NCBI GenBank assembly: GCA_963823845.1
Contig: CAWGND010000008.1
Span: forward strand, 729,124-793,123
DNA from: Terriglobales bacterium
GTDB taxonomy: Bacteria > Acidobacteriota > Terriglobia > Terriglobales > Acidobacteriaceae
Reading direction: 5' to 3'
DNA length: 64,000 nt
The notes under the pieces were generated by a model. That model did no database searches. It saw nothing but the letters and a program-made list of their open reading frames with translations, and was not told the origin of the DNA. A program made the position numbers and the translations under genes. Of this stretch, positions 58,555-64,000 are shown one piece after another. Position 1 is the stretch's first letter. Each line of letters begins with the position of its first letter.

Positions 58555-58890
58555 CGTGCAGTCCTTTTCCTTGCGCAGCTTTACGCGCCTCGCGCAAGGA
58601 GCAAATAGTTTGTATCCGCGGAAGGGATTTGGACAGCGCCAACGTCCTCATTTAGAGGACGGCTGCGATTTCCTTCAGGAACACAGTCCCGACTTCTGTC
58701 TCAGCTTGTCGCCGCAGCCATTTTTCAGGCACACAAAAGACAGGTCAGCCGTGGCAGAAGGGTCCTAGCTTCTTAGCTTTTCAGCAGCGGATGGATTATG
58801 TCAAGGTTGGGGACTGTCACATTCAGGCCTGGGACTCAAATTACTTGAGAATTCGTCGGCTTTGCGCCAGGCGGTGATATGCTTCCGCGC

Positions 58891-59396
58891 ATGGCTGAAT
58901 TCCCCGTGAATCCGACGCGTTTCGATCCCTATAAGAATTTCAAGTTTCGCCTGAAATTGGACGGCAAATACGTTGCCGGTGTCTCCAAGGTCAGCGGACT
59001 TAGGCGCACGACCGAAGTAGTCGAGCACCGCGAAGGCGGCGACCCCAGCAGCAGCCGGAAATCGCCCGGACTCACCGAGTTCGCGCCCATCGTGCTTGAA
59101 CGCGGCCTCATCCAGGACCACGCATTCGAGCAATGAGCGAACCTAGTATGGCAGTTGGGCGCCGGACTCGGCTCCGAAGTCGCGCTCAAAGAATTCCGCA
59201 AAGACATAATCCTTGAGCTCTACAACGAAGCTGGCCAGCTCGTTTACGCCTCAAAGTCTTCCGCTGCTGACCCTCTGAATACCAGGCGCTGCCCGATCTC
59301 GATTCCGACGCAAACGCGGTCGCCATTGAGCACCTGAAACTAGAAAACGAGGGATGGGAACGCGATACCTCTGTCGTTGAGCCGGTGGAACCATAA
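58891..59396 (+). pseudogene. Phage-tail-tube / eCIS-type 'phage tail protein' (T4 gp19-like, TIGR02241-like) gene, inactivated
   Basis: MAEFPVNPTRFDPYKNFKFRLKLDGKYVAGVSKVSGLRRTTEVVEHREGGDPSSSRKSPGLTEFAPIVLERGLIQDHAFEQ is followed by TGA (59134). It continues ANLVWQLGAGLGSEVALKEFRKDIILELYNEAGQLV. A -1 shift in the T-run at 59243-59245 gives LRLKVFRC, then TGA (59268). The final segment is PSEYQALPDLDSDANAVAIEHLKLENEGWERD. Both TGA codons sit where a Trp is expected. Confidence 0.8.
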
Positions 59397-59431
59397 GATT
59401 ATCGGCTTGTCAGTCGATTACCTCAACTTAC

Positions 59432-59731
59432 TTACGACGGGCAAGTCAAGATTATCCCCGGCCACTGCGTCCATTCGCCGAACCAGACCGTCCTACTAGC
59501 AAGTGAGCGGATGCGCTCCGGGTTCGCCTTGGTTCTCCATTCTGCTGAAGCAAATCCGGAGCGCAGCTTACTCCATGTATCCTGTTTCAAACCTACAGTC
59601 CGGCGGTTCCCATACTCAATCTGCTTGTAAACGAAAGGGTCTCCCGCGCCACCGTTTCCACGCTCGATGTGTACCTGCCTGTTGTTCGCGATCAGCTTGG
59701 AATAGAATTCCAGAGCAGGTTCCCCTGTCAC
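59432..59731 (-). CDS. Hypothetical ORF (weak support)
   Basis: 99 aa with a GTG start. No family was recognised. It lies between two pseudogenes and may itself be a relic or be spurious. Confidence 0.25.
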   Translation of the reverse strand: MTGEPALEFYSKLIANNRQVHIERGNGGAGDPFVYKQIEYGNRRTVGLKQDTWSKLRSGFASAEWRTKANPERIRSLASRTVWFGEWTQWPGIILTCPS

Positions 59732-59867
59732 GACGGCGACAAGCGCCTCTCACGGATCTTCCCCCGGTAAGTTAAAGGAACACCGAAGGGTTTCGGAGGA
59801 TTTCAATCTATGAATGCACCTTCTTTGACATGGACTGATACTGGCCTCGAAGTCACCGACATCGATC

Positions 59868-60519
59868 GTGATGCAGTATTTGCGACAAGGCGTGTCTATG
59901 ACCGCGACGTCGCCGCCCAGATGGAAAGGGCTGCAGCGTATCGCCCATGCCTTTGTCGAAGATCCCGAGACAATCCTGCAGGAATTGGTGAAGGCCGCCG
60001 TCGAGCTCTGCGGCGCGGACAGCGCTGGCATCAGCATCGAGAAAGAAGATGGGAGCGACAAGGATTTCTACCACTGGGTCGCGTCGGGCAGCGTTTTTTG
60101 GTCTGATGGGCATTGAGGCTCCTCTCGTGACCGACGGCATTCTGCTTCCATGGCAGGTGGATTAGACGCGGGGAACCATCTTCATCATGGCCCACGGCCG
60201 AACAAAGCGTTCGACCAGGACGACTGCCGCATGATGCGGATGCTCGCCGATTTTGCTGCCATGGGCGTAAGACAACAAAGACAGCAAAAAATGCTGGTGG
60301 AGCACGCGAGCGCAGCCGCCGCTGCCGACATGGCAAACGATCTGGCGCACAAGATCAATAATCCCCTGCAGAGCCTGACCAACATCCTATTATTTGGCGG
60401 CTGAAGGTCACAGCGGCAAGGACGCGATGGCCGTGGGACGGCAAGCGTTCGCTGATCTGGAAAAGTTATCGGCTCTGGTAAAGAAACTGCTGGGCCTGCG
60501 CTATTCAAAGACCGAATAA
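59868..60519 (+). pseudogene. GAF-domain / HisKA-like sensor protein gene, heavily decayed
   Basis: The fragments lie in three frames: ...DPETILQELVKAAVELCGADSAGISIEKEDGSDKDFYHWVASG...; ...GTIFIMAHGRTKR(F)DQDDCRMMRMLADFAAMGV...MANDLAHKINNPLQSLTNIL; and ...YLAAEGHSGKDAMAVGRQAFADLEKLSALVKKLLGL. Stops and frameshifts separate them, and the middle of the GAF domain appears to be deleted. Confidence 0.7.
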
Positions 60520-60529
60520 CTGACTGCTT

Positions 60530-60736
60530 TCACGAGTGCACCGCTGGAGCGCCTTGTTTCTTATGACGGCTAATGCGAATGCAGCATTGCACCACCCACA
60601 CTAGCACCATCGCAATCACGGCAAGCAGGCACGTCATTTCCTCTGACGGCGACCCCGGCACCATGTAGTCAGCGATCTCATACAAGACCAGGGTAAGAGC
60701 GATACTGCACACAAGGAAAATGGCTACATTCTTCAT
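60530..60736 (-). CDS. Small two-TM membrane protein, hypothetical
   Basis: 68 aa with two hydrophobic helices (VAIFLVCSIALTLVLY; CLLAVIAMVLVWVV). Confidence 0.4.
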   Translation of the reverse strand: MKNVAIFLVCSIALTLVLYEIADYMVPGSPSEEMTCLLAVIAMVLVWVVQCCIRISRHKKQGAPAVHS

Positions 60737-60915
60737 CGCCCGCTCCAGGCTGCTTCGCGAAAACGAAAGAATCAGGACTCACCAAGAGTAGACGGCAGCA
60801 TACGCCCGCAAGACGCGGATTGGGAAGCGTTCTCTCTAAATCCACGAAAAATTCATCTGTGTGGGATGGCTTGAGGCCGGGTCACTGATACTGGAAGCGT
60901 GGGCGTCGGCTGCCG

Positions 60916-61521
60916 TCAATATGGGTTCGCATACGGACGCAGCTGATCGACAACGACTTCAAGCGGCGCCGCCTCGCCCGCCTGCACCTTCAGCTGCGGA
61001 TTGTTCACAATCGGCACCAGCACCACGCGCGTTTCCATATGCCGCCCGACAAAATACATGTTGAACGCCGGAATCCGTACCGCGAATTCTGCTGCACTCC
61101 GCCGGTATTGGGCAAGCCGCTTCACAATGTCGGCATGGCCGAAGCTCGAAGACTCGTAACCCTGCTCTTTGCGAACAATCGTCACTCCGGTGCGGACGCT
61201 GCCGCCTACGATCACGGGGTAAATCGTCTCGGCGCTGGGGGTCAGCAGGCTCTTCGGGTCCTGGCCCGTCTGGTAGCTCTTCAACTTTTCCAGACTTATG
61301 TTGTAGACCTCGATCGGCTGCCCAAGCTGCGCCTGCCGCACTTCGTCGATGGACTGAAATCCCAGGCTCTTGTAATTCTGTCCGTCGACCAGCTTTTGCA
61401 ACATGCTTATGGCACTGGTTGCCGCCTCCTGCCGCTGCTGGGCGGGAAGCTTCGACTCGTTCTTCGGCCGCGAACATCCGATCATCAGGAAGACGCAGAA
61501 CGACAAGAAAATTGATCGCAT
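60916..61521 (-). CDS. Hypothetical lipoprotein
   Basis: I prefer the internal start MRSIFLSFCVFLMIGC (signal peptide plus lipobox) at 61521 over the listed start at 61626. No family was recognised. Confidence 0.6.
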   Translation of the reverse strand: MRSIFLSFCVFLMIGCSRPKNESKLPAQQRQEAATSAISMLQKLVDGQNYKSLGFQSIDEVRQAQLGQPIEVYNISLEKLKSYQTGQDPKSLLTPSAETIYPVIVGGSVRTGVTIVRKEQGYESSSFGHADIVKRLAQYRRSAAEFAVRIPAFNMYFVGRHMETRVVLVPIVNNPQLKVQAGEAAPLEVVVDQLRPYANPY

Positions 61522-61940
61522 ACTACGTCGAATCGGCTGGAAAATGGCCCTCGTCCCGGCGCGTGCGGACAGACCTCTTTCCGCTTTGCGCAAATTTGCT
61601 GAGCAATGGTGACGGCGCGGGCGCAAACGTTTCAGATGAAGCAGCGAGCAGGCGAGAGAGTCGGAAGCGATCTTTCAGGTTCCCGATCGTGCGTGATACG
61701 CTGGTCGCCAGAGTCCGGAGAATCTGTATCACATCATTTCCATTCGCTATCTCATCGCGCTTCACTTTCATCCCACCAACGGTTATCCCAAAGTCAAGGT
61801 GACCCATGGCGCGTTCTGGGATCCGTTCCCACTGAACGACCGCTGACACCGGCTCAACCGCGAAGCCATGCGCCGTAGTCGCATTCCGTCCGGTTAAAAT
61901 CGACCACCAGCTCTTCGCGACAGGCTACTATCGGGTCAGC

Positions 61941-64000
61941 GATGTCTTTTCTACGCTCAATGCGGCGCCTGTTGCGAAGGAGGCGGTGGAAGAAGAATCC
62001 CGTCTTTGGCAAAGCAGACATCGGGCTGCACGAGCACACTGAAGCCTTCAGCGACGCGACGACGCTGAACACGCGCACCCGCCACGCCGCCGCCCTCTTC
62101 GGCTACATATGGATGCGGCCCACGGATCGCGGCTTCATCACGTCCATGCTGCGCTGGATCAGACTCCTCGAACAGAACAAACCGTTGCGCGCACGCTTCG
62201 ATATCTCATGGCAGGCGATGCTCGCCGAGCTCGATTCGGTTCCGCTCTTTGCCGACGCCGGCCTCCCCGCGCGGTACGCGCTTCTTCCCGAAGCCTCCCG
62301 CCGCCTATTCCAGCGCCTGCTGCCCACGGCGCGCGAAGAGTCCGACACAGCACGCCTCTTTACGGCAGTCTTCTCTTCGCCAAAAGCCGTCGAGCGCTTC
62401 CTCACCCTCGACAACGCCACCTTCGGCCGCCTCGCCCGCATTCTCTGGCCGAGCGGCGGTCTCGCTGCCGTCCCGCACGTAGCCGACGACATTCGCCAGT
62501 CGTTGAGCCTACTCGCCACGCGCGTCGCCGGACGCGGCGTCACGCCAGCCGTACGTCAGCGCGGCTCGACGCGCGACGTGGAAGCATCGCCCTTCTATCA
62601 GGTCGTCTTCACCACCCAGGCATTCCTGCAGTCGACGGAAGAGACCGGCGAGAACTCAGCTGCTCTGCGCATCTGGCTCGACTCGGTCCACGCCTGTCGC
62701 CGCGAGCTGATTCAGGTGCACCTGCACATGGAAGATGCCGGGGTGAGCACCGCCCTTGTCTTCGACCTCAGCAGCATGGACGCCGCGCTCGACCGCATGC
62801 AGCTGCTCGCCTCGACCATCGCAGGAGACGCGCAGCAGTCACTGCAGCCCGCGCGCCAGCTGCTCAACATCCTCGTTGCCGAGCGCCTCGAAGACTCGCA
62901 ACTCGGCCCGCTCATCCGCCAGAACCTCAACCTGCTGGCCCGCAAGACGGTTGAACGCACTGGCCACAGCGGCGAGCACTACATCGCCAACAACCGTCGC
63001 GAATACTGGCAGATGTGGCTGGCAGCGCTGGGCGGTGGCCTGCTCACCGTCTTTACCGCGGCCATCAAACTACGAATCATGGAAGGCGGATGGCCGCTCT
63101 TCGTCGAAGGCTTCTTCATCGGCACCGACTACGCCATCAGCTTCCTACTGCTGCAGATCTTCGGCCTCGCTCTCGCCACCAAGCAGCCGTCCATGACCGG
63201 AGCTGCGTTCGCTGGTATCGTGCGCGAAAACCGCGGCGTGTCCCGCTGGAGCAAGATCGCCGACTTCGCCGCCCGCATCAGCCGCACGCAGCTCGCCGCG
63301 GCTCTTGGCAACATCATCGCCGTCTGCTTCGGCGCCATCGCATTCGAGCAGCTCTGGCACAAGGTCTTTCTTGAGTCCTACCTGCCCTCATCGATGGCAA
63401 AGCGCGTCTATGAGACGCTCCATCCCTTCACCTCTGGAACCAGCATCGACGCGGCGATCACCGGCGTCATCCTGTGGGCCGCAGCCGTCATCGGCGGATG
63501 GTGCGAGAACTTCGCCGTTTACAACCGCATCCCTGCCGCCATCGCGCAGCATCCGCTTGGCCAGAGGATCGGAGTGCGCCGCATGCAGCGCCTCGCCCAC
63601 TGGTTTGAGAACAACATCGCCTCCTGGAGCACGAGCATCGTGCTCGGCTACATGATGGGCTTCTTTCCCGAGATCTGCCATTTCTTCGGCCTGCCGCTCG
63701 ACGTGCGCCATGTCACCCTGAACACCGGCATGCTGGCCCTGTCGGCCGCCCGCTACGGCGTCAGCTCCTTTGGTCATCACTGGTTCTACTTCGCAGTTTC
63801 AGGAATCGGCATGACTTTTGTGCTGAATCTGGGAGTAAGCTTCGCCATTGCTTCCGTCACCGCACTGCGCGCCTACAACGTCCCACACGACGAGCGCGTA
63901 AAGATTTTGAAATACCTGGTGAAGCAGGCCTTCCGCAATCCACTGCGCTTCATTCTGCCGATCGAAAAGGACAAGTCACCCGCCGTATCGGCATCCTCTC
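61941..64000 (+). CDS. Gcr-type 'site-specific recombinase' family (PF10136-like) polytopic membrane protein, 3'-partial
   Basis: This frame runs off the window, so it is absent from the ORF track. My own translation reads MSFLRSMRRLLRRRRW...LRWIRLLEQNKPLRARFDISWQAMLAELDSVPLFADAGLP...EHYIANNRREYWQMWLAALGGGLLTVFTAAIKL...LGYMMGFFPEICHFFGLPLDVRHVTLNTGMLAL...FRNPLRFILP. The start is at 61941 or 61959. Confidence 0.75.

Noticed and set aside
59134-59270. Possible TGA-to-Trp recoding, since both in-frame TGA codons in the tail-tube gene sit at conserved Trp positions
   Set aside because: Many well-supported genes in the window terminate with TGA at the expected protein ends. TGG is used for the other Trp residues in the same gene, and the gene also has a frameshift. 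Simple G-to-A nonsense mutations in a pseudogene are the economical explanation.

Overview
The window looks like an Acidobacteriota (Terriglobia-type) chromosome segment. Supporting signs are an ADOP duplicated permease next to a PadR gene, a CarboxypepD_reg-type TonB-dependent receptor, and a Ser/Thr kinase fused to a TolB-like propeller. All family calls come from reading the translated ORFs and motifs by eye; no searches were run.

The left ~9 kb is a pile-up of mobile DNA on the minus strand. A group II intron sits 33 nt downstream of a YihY/BrkB-family gene. Its RT/maturase ORF is broken twice: once by a second, complete group II intron with an intact 436-aa RT, and once by a 2.2-kb cassette. 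The cassette carries a large serine recombinase plus two small genes and is bounded by perfect 16-bp inverted repeats. Next come a decayed IS110-family transposase gene and a convergent IS110-family remnant, separated by a structured 338-nt non-coding gap.

The remaining ~55 kb is mostly core genome:
- ClC channel, a TIGR03790-like protein, kinase, SulP, DHA2 MFS transporter, PhyH dioxygenase, ADOP permease
- GT21 glycosyltransferase, two MacB-type permeases, plsX-rpmF-yceD
- thiE, sthA, ROK kinase, RDD protein, lptD, DsbA-like protein, SurA-like protein
- TonB-dependent receptor, biotin carboxylase and BCCP, tonB-exbB-exbD-exbD-TPR
- yajC-secD-secF, and a partial Gcr/PF10136-type membrane protein

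Small decay zones are scattered through it:
- a padR / ADOP fragment / doxX locus
- an N-terminal relic of a kinase paralog
- an orphan phage-tail-tube/eCIS-type gene with two TGG-to-TGA changes and a frameshift
- a shattered GAF/HisKA gene
- single-nucleotide frameshifts in secF and in the TonB-dependent receptor

No rRNA genes, tRNA genes or CRISPR arrays were seen. The most unusual item is the serine-recombinase cassette that splits the intron RT at its conserved GGVxxPLL-coding motif.
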